This document shows positions 44,390-55,873 of a stretch of 64,000 bases of DNA, piece after piece. A program made the position numbers and the translations under genes. A model generated the notes under the pieces. The model made no database searches. It was given only the letters and a program-made list of their open reading frames with translations, and was not told the DNA's origin. This stretch comes from an uncultured Candidatus Peribacteria bacterium (GTDB lineage: Bacteria; Patescibacteriota; Gracilibacteria; BD1-5; UBA2023). The stretch spans positions 12,544 to 76,543 of the forward strand of contig CAZKUA010000004.1 of NCBI GenBank assembly GCA_964555845.1, in the 5' to 3' direction. Positions within the stretch are counted from its first letter, which is position 1. Each line of letters opens with the position of its first letter.

Positions 44390-45376
44390 TTAAACTTTCT
44401 TTCTTCTAATTACAATCTGAATTCAAATTCAGGCGAGGGTTACAATCACAATTAACATCATAATAAATATTTGATTTCCATCATTTCCAGCTCAATTTAC
44501 AGAAATTTTAAGATTATCTCAAATATTCTCAGTTGGTTTAATTTCTTCTTGAGGTGTAGAGTTTGAAACCTCATTTATTGCATTTTCAACATTTGCATTT
44601 GGAGTTTCTGGAGGAGTTTGCTCTGTTATTACTGGTACAGGAATTTCTTCTTTTTTTGGTTCTTCAGTTTTTATAGAAGTGGTTTCCTGCCCATTCTGTC
44701 ATTCCTGCGAAGGCAGGAATCTATTACTAGAATCTTTTTTTGGAGTAATTTTTTTTACAGGAATATTTATAAATTCTATTTTTGGCTCAACCTTTTCAAC
44801 TATATTTATAAAATCCTTACTCTCGGAATTTGGGCTAAATAGTGTGATAGTTCCGGTTGTACTAAAGGCATTGCTTACATCCATTGTTTGTCCAGGATTT
44901 AAGACGGTATTGTCTGGAATTGTGTAGATATTTCAGTCTTTTCTGAGTTCCCAGAAGCTTATATCAATATCTTTAGAATCATTATTTTTTAGGAATAAAT
45001 TGCTTATTTCTCAATTTGAGAAAGTGGCGTCAGTTGTTAGATTTATGGTATTTGGATAATTAAGGACATAATTATTGATTTTGATTTTTGACTCGATTTG
45101 GGTATTTATAAATGAGAAAAAAACCAGTGGAGTTGAGGATTTTAGAATTATCGCTCAAGTATAGAGTAGTGCGTCATTTGGTCATCCGTCTGGATTGAAG
45201 CTATAAAATGTTTTGGCCTTAGAATCTGTTGGAGTGAGTTCAATTTTTAATACTTTATCATAAGTTCCAGAAGGTATATTCGCTTCAACATCTACTCAAT
45301 CAGCCCATCAGATACTAGTTAGTGCGAAAAAATTTACTAGAATTCAAGTTATAATTTTATATTTGTTTATTCTCAT
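44390..45376 (-). CDS. secreted, C-terminally membrane-anchored protein with a chitobiase/Fn3-associated-like and an LTD-like domain (328 aa)
   Basis: The frame was checked line by line: ATG at 45376, TAA at 44392-44390. The N-terminal hydrophobic signal is ITGILVNFFALTSIGWA. GTYDKVLKIELTPTDSKAKTFYSFNPDGGP is CHB_HEX_C-like. ISNLFLKNNDSKDIDISFWELRKDGNIYTIPDNTVLNPGQT is LTD-like. The C-terminus is IFIMMLIVIVTLAGIGIQIVIRRKK. Confidence 0.7.
44698..44721. repeat. palindromic repeat copy embedded in frame inside CDS 44390..45376
   Basis: GTCATTCCTGCGAAGGCAGGAATC is translated on the minus strand as ..RFLPSQEGQ.., with one TGA, in a low-complexity linker. Confidence 0.65.
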
Positions 45377-45440
45377 ATTTGTTTTTTTAAATTTTAATTT
45401 TGTGTATTCTATATTATATTTTTTTAAAATCAAAAAGATT

Positions 45441-45467
45441 TTGAAAAAAAGTATTTTTGTGTATAAT
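45441..45467 (+). promoter_or_regulatory. putative promoter of the tmRNA gene
   Basis: TTGAAA, a 15-nt spacer, then TATAAT (45462-45467), about 15 nt upstream of the mature 5' GGGG. The spacer is shorter than optimal. Confidence 0.3.
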
Positions 45468-45482
45468 AGCGCTCACATTTTT

Positions 45483-45925
45483 GGGGATGAAAGGATTCTA
45501 TTAAGAGAATCGCTGTTCTCATATGCTATCTGGGAGGTGTTTGTGGCTTCCATAATCAATTACAAACAACAACAAATGCTAACGCAAGAATCGGAGGTTT
45601 AGCTGTTTTAAAAGCTTCTTTTAAAAAAGTTCTAACTCCTGCTTACGCCTAGTCTAACTAAGCTTAAGCTGTAGCCTTCCCTACGGGAATGAGTGTCGGA
45701 TGACCTGCTACAAAAATGATATAGTTTCGTCTTAGAATTATGTCATTATTCATAAGACCATTGTCTAGATTTTATAATTATTTTGTATAGACATTGTATT
45801 AAAAATAATTCTTATGTAAGTTTTTTGTTAATTTTCAATTTATATAAGTACCAAAATTAACTATGATAGTAGAAGTATTTGGGTAGCCTCTTAAGACACG
45901 AGTTCAATTCTCGTCATCTCCACCA
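45483..45925 (+). ncRNA. ssrA: tmRNA (SsrA), about 443 nt
   Basis: 5' GGGGATG pairs with 3' CATCTCC followed by ACCA. The T-arm is CGAGTTCAATTCTCG. The candidate tag frame GCT AAC GCA ... GCT TAC GCC TAG (45578-45652) encodes ANARIGGLAVLKASFKKVLTPAYA, and its stop sits in a GCTTA/TAAGC hairpin. The 3' half is very AT-rich. Confidence 0.85.
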
Positions 45926-46017
45926 AAATAAATTTAAATTTGACATTTGTAAAATATTGATTATATATTATTTATACTTCTTAGTATAAATAATATTTTA
46001 TTTTTTATCATAAATTT

Positions 46018-46599
46018 ATGGCAGTAGAATTATTAAGAAATGCTGAAAAAGCAAAAACACAAAAAACAGGTATATTACATGCATTTAATCCTAAAACTAA
46101 GGAATGGTGTATTTTAAGTGATTGATGAGAAAGATTTATATTTACGGCTGATATGTGTGATTCTAAAAAAGGTGTTAATTGAGAAATTTTATTTAGTGGA
46201 CTAGTTAAGGGTGATGTAGTTTCTTTTATTCCTTGAGAATGAGCTGAATATGATATAGCGAAAAAAATCGCTTTTATTTCTCATATAAATACTGAATCGC
46301 TCACTACACAAGTGAAGGATAATTTCACTGTATCTATGGAATCACTTGAAGCTATGTGAATTCAAGAAAGTGGTACAATAAAAGTTTTGAGATTAAAAGA
46401 AGATAATGGCTTTGGTTTTATTAATACTGATGACTGAAAAGATATTTTCTTTCATTCAACTAAATGTGTAGGTGGATTTAGAGAATTTATGGATATTTAT
46501 AATAAAAGAAAAAAAGGTGACAAAAATATAAGAGTTACTTTTAATGCTCTAAATTCACAAAGAGGTCCAATGGCATTTAATGTTTCAATAGCTAAGTAA
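46018..46599 (+). CDS. cold-shock-domain protein with an N-terminal extension (193 aa)
   Basis: The frame was checked. The C-terminal CSD is GTIKVLRLKEDNGFGFINTDDGKDIFFHSTKC (RNP1-like GFGFI, RNP2-like IFFH). Confidence 0.7.
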
Positions 46600-46612
46600 T
46601 TAAATTTTATTT

Positions 46613-46644
46613 AAAAAACTCTATTTTTCAAAATAGAGTTTTTT
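46613..46644 (+). terminator. rho-independent terminator
   Basis: AAAAAACTCTATTTT / AAAATAGAGTTTTTT inverted repeat followed by a T-run. Confidence 0.7.
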
Positions 46645-46733
46645 ATTATTTCTTTTTATAAAATAAAGTTTTACAAATCAAGCTTTTTAAATACTATATT
46701 CAATATATTCAATTAACTATTAATATTACAAAT

Positions 46734-48014
46734 ATGAAACTAAAACAAGAACTCGAGGCAAGATGACTACTTAATCAGTATTCAAATGAGGAGGTTTTCG
46801 ACTTATATACAAAATGATGACAAAGTTTTTATATTTGATTTGATCCGAGTGCTGATTCACTTCAATTAGGTAATATGTGTGCAATTATGGCAGCAGTTAA
46901 CCTTATGAAATATTGAAATAAATGTTATTTTTTAGTTGGTTGAGCTACTGGTATGATAGGTGATCCAGGATGAAAAGATGCAGAAAGAAATTTTCTTACA
47001 GAAGATATTTTACGTCACAATGAAAAATCAATCCATAATCAATTAAAGTCATTTTTAGATAATTTAAAAGCTAATTATGGAATAAAATTCGATTTTGAAA
47101 TGGTAAATAATTATGATTTTTTCAAAAATATGTCAGTTCTTGATTTTTTGCGTGATGTTGGAAAATACATCACCATTAATAATATGATAAAGAAGGATAC
47201 TGTAGCTAAAAGAATCGAAGATCCAGATAAATCAATTTCTTATACTGAATTCTCTTATATGCTTTTGCAAGGTTATGATTTTGTAAAATTATTTAGAGAT
47301 AAATGAGTTAAATTACAACTTGCTTGATGAGATCAATGGGGGAATGCAGTAACATGAGTTGAGTTAATTAGAAAAATTGAAGAAAAGGAATGATATGTAA
47401 TGACTATTCCGATTGTAACTGATGCTAGCTGAAAAAAATTTGGTAAATCTGCAGGTAATGCGATTTGGCTTGACCCAAACAAAAATAGTCCATACTTTGT
47501 GTACCAATTTTTTATGAATGTTGCAGATGCTGATATTGAGAGATATTTAAAAATTCTAACTCTTCTAAGTCTTGAAGATATTTCAGATATTATGAAAAAA
47601 CATAATGAAAATCCAGAATTAAGAACATGACAATCTGCTCTTTGAAAAGCTGTTGTTGAAATAATTTTCTGAAAAAAAGCTTCAAATCAATCTGAGATGA
47701 TTTCAGATATGCTTTTTTGAAATAAAGATAAATTAGAGACTCTGAAAACACTTGAAAAAGATGATTTAGAAGCTCTTGCAAAAGAAACAGGAAGTACAAA
47801 TTATAATTCATGATTAATAATCCTAGATGCACTAATAAACTGCTCTCTCGCTAGCTCTAGATGAGACGGAAGAAAGCTAATTGAGTGAGGTTGAATTTAT
47901 CTAAATGAAGTAAAAGTTACCGATTGATTTGCTGAAATTACCGACAAGGATTTCATAAATTCCGCAATAATCATCAGAAAATGAAAGAAAAATTTTAAAT
48001 TGATTTTGAGGTAA
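46734..48014 (+). CDS. tyrS: tyrosyl-tRNA synthetase (426 aa)
   Basis: The frame was checked line by line. Motifs: [28 protein letters not shown] (TGA Gly codons) and KFGKS. The C-terminal S4-like domain is [20 protein letters not shown]. Confidence 0.93.
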
Positions 48015-48030
48015 TATTTTAAAACTCTAA

Positions 48031-50319
48031 ATGCAAAATTTAAACAAAATACTTAAAGAAAGTTTTTGACTTGAGTCGTTTCTTGAATGACAACAAGATA
48101 TTGTGGAGAGTGTCTTGGATTTAAAAGACACTCTTGTTTTTATGCCGACTGGTTGAGGTAAATCGCTGACTTATCAGCTTTCTGGGATTTTGTTGCCGGG
48201 GCTTACGATTGTAATTTCTCCGCTTATTTCTCTGATGAAGGATCAATTAGACAAGTTAAATGAACTTAAGATTAGGACCGAGATTATCAATTCTACAATT
48301 TCTGGAAATGAGCAAAAACAAATTTTGGATGAACTAAATTTCACTGATTTTACGGAGAAAAATGCTATAAAATTCCTGTATATCGCTCCAGAAAGACTCA
48401 ATTCTCGTGAATTTCTGGATGCTATTTCAAATATAAAAATAAGTCTGGTTGCGATAGATGAGGCTCATTGTATCAGTCAATGGTGACATGATTTTCGTCC
48501 TAGTTATATGAAAATTAAGAATTTTTTGACTGATTTGAAAAAAAGACAAAATTTTCCAGTGATGGCATTGACGGCTACGGCTACGAAAAAAGTAAGAGCT
48601 GATATTGTGGATAGACTAGGTTTAGTTGATTACAATGTTTTCACGAAATGATTTGACCGCAAAAATATAATTTTACTGGTAAAAGAAATTAGTAAAAAAG
48701 AAGAAAAACTAGCTAAAACTCTAGAGATTATTGAGAAAACTCCAGGGTCTGGAATTATTTATTGTTCGAGTATCAAAATGGTTGAGGAGGTCCATGAATT
48801 TCTAAAATCAAATGGGGTGGATGTTGGTATTTATAATGGGTCTTTGGGGGCATCACTGAGAGAAAATGAGCAAAATAAATTTATGAATTCAACTTATAAA
48901 GTGATTGTCGCGACAAATGCCTTTGGGATGGGAATTGATAAAAGTGATATTAGGTTTGTAATTCACTATAATTTACCTGGAAGTATAGAAAATTATTATC
49001 AAGAAGTCTGAAGAGCCTGAAGAGATTGACTGAAGTCTTATGGCGTTGTGCTCGCGAGTTTTGGTGACACAAAAATCCAGGAATTTTTTATAGAAAATAC
49101 TTATCCCGCTAAATCAGAAATTCTAGATTTTTACGATTATTTATTTAAGGAATTTAAACTGGGTGAATGAAAATGAGCTCAAATTCTCAAAACTTATTAT
49201 CAAATGTCGAAAGAATCCGGAATTGGAAGTGATATGAGAGTTGGAAGTATTTTAAAAATTCTCGAAAAGTATGGAATTATTTCAAGGTGAGTTGATGAGA
49301 AAACAGATGAGGGATTTAGGTGAAAGTGAATCACTCTAGTTCAGGAAAAAAGAAAGCATTCTGGAATTTTAATCGATTGGAATAGACAAGATTTACTAAA
49401 AAAAGAAGCTTATTTTAAGCTCGACCAAATCAAAAAACTACTTTTTTATCCGAGTTGTAGAAGAAGATTTATATTAGAATATTTTCAGGATGAGGAGGAT
49501 TTGAGCTCGCTCCCAGATAATTGTAGGACTTGTGATTATTGTATTGAAAAGAAAAAACTTGAAAATAGGGAAGTGGAAAGTATTGTAAATTTGTCTGTTT
49601 TTGGATTAGTTTTAGAGGTAATTAAAAAACTTGATAATAAATTCTGAGTTATGACTTTTGTACAATTTTTGAGTGGAAGCCAAGATAAGAAAATATTGAG
49701 CTGGAATCTTGATAAAGATGAGAATTATTGAATTTTAACTGAATATTCTACTCAATTTATCCAGGCTCTAATTGAAGCTCTAATTCAACAAGGATTTATA
49801 GAGAAATCAAGTTGACTTTACCCCGTTATTTGACTTACAAGTAAATGAAATATTGCGCTTCGTAGAGAAGATTTACTCAAAAAAGAAGAAAAGGAATTAC
49901 AATCTTTTATAACACTCAGGTCCGGATCTAATATTTTCAAAAAAGATAAACCAAATAAAACAAGTGCTTCTAAGCCAAAGAAATCATCAATTTGAAAATG
50001 AGATACTTATGCTGAAACTCTTGACTTATTTAACGAGTGAAAAAATATCTCTGAAATTGCCAAAAATCGCGAAATGACAACAAATACAATAGAATCCCAT
50101 TTAATTAAACTCTATGAAACAGGGAAATTAGTGACTGTTGATTTATTAAAAATTGCCAATACCTCAAATGTTACTAAAGTCCAAGAAATTATAAAGTCTG
50201 ACTTTGCCGATAATACAGACAAACTAAGACCCATCAAAGACAAACTCGAGGAACTAGGTTTTTGAGAAATAAATTATTTCGAAATTAAGGTTGCAATTTC
50301 ATTATTGCTTAGAAACTAG
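48031..50319 (+). CDS. recQ: RecQ-family ATP-dependent DNA helicase (762 aa)
   Basis: The frame was checked line by line. MPTGGGKSL (middle Gly is TGA at 48154-48156) and the DEAH box ([18 protein letters not shown]). The Zn-binding cysteines are [10 protein letters not shown]...CRTCDYC. The C-terminal HTH-like tail is [14 protein letters not shown]. The code-25 stop is TAG at 50317. Confidence 0.92.
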
Positions 50320-50577
50320 TTTTCATGTTGTAAATTTATGCAAAACTGTTGAAATAAGAGTCTGATAAGGTAATCATTCTTCTGCCGCTATAGTTCTAAG
50401 TCTTAAAATATCTGATTCTAGAATTCTAATATTTATAGGTTTTCTACTTTGGATAGTTTTTTTAAAAGATTGCTTTAATAGCGCCTTTCTTTTATCTAAA
50501 TTTTTCGCACTCACAAATTCTCATTTTTCAAATGATTCAATTAAATCTTTTTCTTCTTTATCTATAAAATTATACAT
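50302..50577 (-). CDS. BrnA-like (CopG/RHH) antitoxin (91 aa)
   Basis: ..RKPINIRILESDILRLRTIAAEEGLPYQTLISTVLHKFTTGKL is the BrnA_antitoxin pattern. Its 3' end overlaps the recQ 3' end convergently by 18 nt. Confidence 0.6.
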
Positions 50578-50600
50578 AAAATTAAATATTAAAAAATAAA

Positions 50601-50849
50601 TTACTTTTTGTATCTCCTGTCAGGAAATAAGGTTTTTAAAAATATTGTTTTTTCATCTTCCACATATGGACAAACATATGGATATCATCAAATATTAACA
50701 ATCATAATTCTTTGATTTGGATATTTTTCTTTGTTTGGATGTTCTAAATCATCTAAAATCTCGGAATTCAAAACATCCTCAAAACATACTCATCTTTGCC
50801 TCTTTATTATCTCATTTTTTTCATCATCCCAAAGTATAATTTTACTCAT
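50601..50849 (-). CDS. BrnT-like (DUF497-like) toxin (82 aa)
   Basis: MSKIILWDDEKNEIIKRQRGVCFEDV...IFLKTLFPDRRYKK resembles the WDxxKxxxNxxKHGVxFE pattern. It lies directly upstream of the antitoxin-like gene. Confidence 0.55.
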
Positions 50850-51101
50850 CAAAATATATTTAACAAATACCTTTTGTATACCGCCATAGTATACAATTTT
50901 AAAAATAAGTCAAACTATTTTTTAAAATTTCGAAATCAAAGTTGCAATCTCATTACAAACAAAGTAAAAATTCACTTGACAAATATCAATAATTTCTTAT
51001 ATTTCAACTTAATCTAAAATAAAAATAAAAAAATACTTTTGTCTATTATCCAAAAAATCTAGGCATTTTTTTATTTTTTTCATCATTTAACCAAATATAT
51101 T

Positions 51102-54068
51102 ATGCGCAGTGAAAGAAGTACTCCTGGGGTGACAAATATTCCTTGAAATTCATCATCTGAACACAGAGAAAAACAACAAAATAATACTCAAATATTCTGA
51201 GAAATTCAAATTTGAGAAATGAAATATCCGTCTTATTTAAGACCAGATTGAACTCCTTTTACAGTCTGATGAGAACCGATAATAGTTATAAGTTGTGAGG
51301 GAAATAGTGCAAGAGTTATTATGAATTTATTAGATATTTCAAATTCAATAATTGAAGTAGTTTGGGAAAATAATGAGCCTAAAATTATAGATTTAGGTTG
51401 AATAGAATTTTTATGTAAAATTTATGATAATAAGGTATTTAAAGTAGCTTTAATGAGTAATAAAATTAAACTACCATATCATTTATATGAATCACCTTTA
51501 GTTATTATTAAACAAGATGGACGTGATATGTTGATAACCGAGAACAATGAATTGTTTTATTCAGTTATTTATATTGAGAAACACTGAAGACCTCATCCTG
51601 ATGTTTATTCAAGAATTTTTTATAAAAAATGAGATAAATATATACCTGTAACTTTTGAATGAGAAGCACCATTGCATGATTTTATTTGAGTTCCAGATGT
51701 TGAAGGTATGAGTTTATGGGATAGAAATAATCGCAGACTAATTTATTGGGATAAAGAAGCTGAAACATTTAGGCAAGTAGAGAAAAATGGTATAGTATTT
51801 GAGAATGTTCATCAAAATCTAAAACATGATGAGTATTCAATTAATATTTGAGATAAAACAGTACCCTTTTCTAAATCTTTAGACAATCCGAACCAGCCAG
51901 CTTCAATTGAAATTAATTGAAATTTCTTCTTTGTATTATATTTAGATAAGAATTCATCTATAAGTCATGTTTCGGCTTGAGGTCAATCATTTCCAATTAA
52001 AATTAATGAGCCAATTGTTATTAACTGAAGAACTTTTTATAAAATAGTAGATCAGAGAAACTATTATATTGATTGATTTTATAATCCAAATTGATTTAAT
52101 TTTTTACGTTTTGAAATTAATGAAAATAAAGAAATAAAGACATTTGATTATCAAGGTAAAAAATTACCAATTATTGACTCTACATGTAGTGATTTAACTA
52201 AAATTCATTCTGAAAATCCTATTATTGAAATATATAATTTTGAATGAAATAACTCAGAAAAGATTATCTTAATGAAAAATTCTAAATTTAATGAAAATGA
52301 AGAAGAGAAATGAGAGGATAATGAGAAAAGCGATAAAATAGATGAAGAATATATTAGACTTAAGCTCACTCCGGATCAATCAGAAAAAAATTTAATAACT
52401 ACTAGTTATAAACATTGAATTATTTGTTTATCTAATAGTGTTAGTGGTCAATCTAAATATGAATTCTATAGAATTAATCCAGATTGAACTCTAGATTTAG
52501 CATTTAAAAATGCTATTAATATTTCAATAAAAGATAATGTTATAATTGAGTGTTATGATAGAGAAGTTAGGTTTAAACTGAGTTATACCCTAATTCGCAG
52601 ACCTGGGACATCGAGCATTTTTGAGCCAGTAGATTATAATGGTAAACCCTGTCTAGTTGCTAAGTGAATAAATTCATGAACTGTAACTTATATTTCTATA
52701 GAGGATTTTTCTGAAATAATTGAGCAATATATTTGACCAGATCCAGAAATACTTACTTCAATGATTAATAATAAATTTGAGCTTTGATGAGAAACTTTGT
52801 TTTATAACGATGATTGAACTATTAATTTATTGGACAAAAAATTTCATTTAGCTAATTCTAAAGGTAAGCTAGTGAAATCTCCAGAAAACTCAATTCTAAA
52901 AGTTTGAGATAAAGAAATTCTATTGCTTGTAAATAAAGATGATACAATCGTTGGTTATTTTGTGTGAATGAAAACTGATTTAGACATGCTTGACCTAAGG
53001 CATTATGTTAAAACATCTCCTGATTTACTTGAATCCATAAAAAGAGAAGTTATTAAAGTATCAGTAGATGGTGTGGAAGCTATTTGTAATATGAATTATC
53101 CAGAATTTAGAGCTCTTCGAATATGTGAAATTGTAAATGAATATTTTTATAATCGTTATGTTTGTAATGTGTGAAATGCTACAAAAATTTCTTGAAAGGA
53201 ATTTATGTGTGATTGAGAACAAATTGAAATTCAGGAAATATATTCAGAAGAATATGTTTTGGATAAAAAATGAGAACTATATTATAGAAAAGATCTTTGA
53301 AATGAACTAACAAAAGTAATTCTACCAAGAAGGGTATATCTTTCTAATGCTTGAATTCCTTATATACATCCAGATTTATATAATTCTATTTGACAAAACA
53401 AATGACCTCAGGACTGAAAATTTCCTCTTAAAATTGTAAATTGACAGATAAATCCTATAGGAAAATTTTCTAATTTATATAGAGTGGATATGGAAGATTT
53501 TGATTGTATTATAAATTGAGTAGAAAAAACATTCATAAATTTATGGAATTATAAAACAAATCAAATTTGCTCTTATACCGAGGAAAGTTGGGGTTTTGAA
53601 GCCTTTAAAATTTGTAATCATAAAACATTTTTTGATGATAATAATATTAGAATTTATATTGATTGAGATATTATTGATTGAAATATTGATGTTTGTAAAA
53701 ATATTTTTGGAAGAAATATTATATTACCAAGGCTAAAAGATAATTTTAGAGAGGAATATGAATATAAAACTGTAATAATTCACGAACAAATCAAGACAGA
53801 AGATTTTATTTTTGCCAAAGCTTGGAATTCAGATATGGATGGAGTTCAAATATATCCTTTATATAAAGTTGATTGAAACTTTGTTGCAATTGAGATTCCA
53901 GAATGATATAACTTTAGATTTGAAAACTGAAAAATACTGATTAATGGCATTCCCTACGGAGACAACGAGGTTAAACTTTTCTACGAAAAATTCAGACCAG
54001 AGCAAATTAACACTAAATGAGTCGTAGAAAAAGTAACTTGAAAAGTCAAGGATTTAACTCAAAAATAA
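51102..54068 (+). CDS. large hypothetical protein (988 aa), no signal peptide or known domain recognised
   Basis: ATG at 51102, TAA at 54066. I translated the first ~1.9 kb codon by codon and checked the last 0.9 kb line by line. Track ORF 52968-53174 is in this frame. Confidence 0.7.
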
Positions 54069-54094
54069 TTTTTATTTAACTAATTTTATAAAAT

Positions 54095-54763
54095 ATGAAA
54101 AATAATTTTCTACATGATCACAATAATCTTGTAACTGAACATCATATACAGCAAGAATCAAAAATTTGCGAAAATATTTTTGAGATTTTGGCACATTTAG
54201 CAGTATTTAATCCATTGATAACTTGTATTTTTCCTGATGTTGCATCTCTTGGTGCAGCAACATATATCGCTATTCTTCCTGATAAATCAAGTAGAGAACA
54301 TTATATAAATCTTCATATTAAAGAAATAGTTAAATATTTTCAGAAAAAAGAAAATGTAAAGAAATTTGCACAGGAAGTAGAGAAATTCTATCTAGAACAT
54401 AAAAAGGCACTTGATAAAGCCTGAATAAATAACTCTCATAAAAATGCCTACAGTATGGCAATAGCGACTATTAGAGCAGTTGCGGATATGCAGAATAAAA
54501 CTAAAACAAAAACTAATAAAACAAGTTCTAATCTTACCCAGATACCAAGCATTAATTCTCAAGTTATTGCAAAATTTTATGAGATATTTAATGAATATAA
54601 AAAATATGATATCGTTTGAGATATTGAGTGAAATTTGATAGATATTAATGGAAAAAATGAATGAGCAGTAAGAAATTTTTCTGGTGGAGATATAATTAGA
54701 ATATGAGGAAAGTGTATTAATCCCGAAACAAGAAGTTCTATTTTACTTAAATATTGAATTTAG
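54095..54763 (+). CDS. paralog A of a three-member tandem family (222 aa)
   Basis: The frame was checked. Shared N-terminal module: ..C(E/S)NI(F/Y)EILAH.A(V/I)FNPL..CI(F/Y)P...KYFQKKENV(K/E)KFA.EVE.FY..HK.AL.KAGIN.SHKNAY.MAIAT(I/L)R, then GDIEGNL. Confidence 0.65.
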
Positions 54764-54802
54764 AATATTAAAATAATTTTTATTTAACTAACCCTACTAC
54801 CT

Positions 54803-55849
54803 ATGAATAATAAAATAAGTGATTATGAAATACAACGTGAACCAAAAACTTGTAGTAATATCTACGAGATTTTGGCTCATCCAGCAATTTTTAATCCGCT
54901 TATGAATTGTATTTATCCAGAAATAAACCCAAAAACAATAAATAATATTGTTCCTGATAAATCAAGTAAGATACACCATATTTTTCTTCATATTGAGAAA
55001 ATTGTTAAATATTTTCAGAAAAAAGAAAATGTAGAGAAATTTGCAAAGGAAGTAGAAATTTTTTATTTAACACATAAAAATGCACTTGAGAAAGCTTGAA
55101 TCAATGATTCTCATAAAAATGCCTATGTTATGGCAATAGCGACTCTTAGAAGTGTTGCAAATCAAAAAGTGAAAGAAACGAATGATTCAAAGCAAAATTT
55201 TACAAGTATTAATGCTAAAATATCTGCCGTAGTTGATATTCAGTCTCAAGTTAATCTTAAATTCAGAGAAATATTTGAGTGATATAGAGAACAAGCTATA
55301 GCTTGAGATATTGAATGAAATCTTGTTAAGGAAAAAGAATGAAAAATAAAAGAGTTTTTTGGTAAAAATGTCATAAAAGTTAATTGAAGAGTTATTTATA
55401 CAGACTCAAGAAAACCTGTTATTGTAGAATGATGTGAGGTTATTAGTTTATTTAGATATAATACTTTACCTAATTGAAAAATAATAAGAAGAGCAAATAT
55501 AAGAGATAAAGACTTAAATCAAAAAATAATTTATATTACAAAAGAAAATGAAATTTTTAGAGTAGAATGACATGAAATTATTAAAGCTTCCAACCCTTAT
55601 TATTGAAAATCAGATTTACTATCTATACCTAAATGAACTCTTATTTCAAGCGTAAATTTAGAAAATTGAGAAGAAAGGTATATTACAAAAGAAAATAAAT
55701 TATTTAGAGTTGAATTCAATAATAAGCAATGTGAATTATGCGATATATGTTCATATAATGATAGACGTGGATGAACAGAAATTATTATTAACTATAATTG
55801 AAAAGAAATAAAAGTAATTGTTACAAAAGATTGAGTAGAAAAAATGTAA
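54803..55849 (+). CDS. paralog B of the tandem family (348 aa)
   Basis: The frame was checked. The N-terminal module is about 85 percent identical at nucleotide level (by eye) to paralog A over the KYFQKKENV...AIATLR stretch. The C-terminal region has repeated YITKEN(E/K)(I/L)FRVE units and CELCDIC. Confidence 0.65.
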
Positions 55850-55873
55850 TTTAACTAATTAACTTTATAACTT

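Noticed and set aside
45363-45602. 79-aa ORF in the track (MFILIFVFLNF...QESEV).
   Set aside because: It overlaps the tmRNA promoter and 5' half, is low complexity, and starts at a non-ATG codon. The locus is explained by ssrA.
45880-45925. tRNA-like 3' segment (T-arm plus ACCA) as a stand-alone tRNA.
   Set aside because: It pairs with GGGGATG about 440 nt upstream and has no anticodon arm, so it is the tRNA-like domain of the tmRNA.
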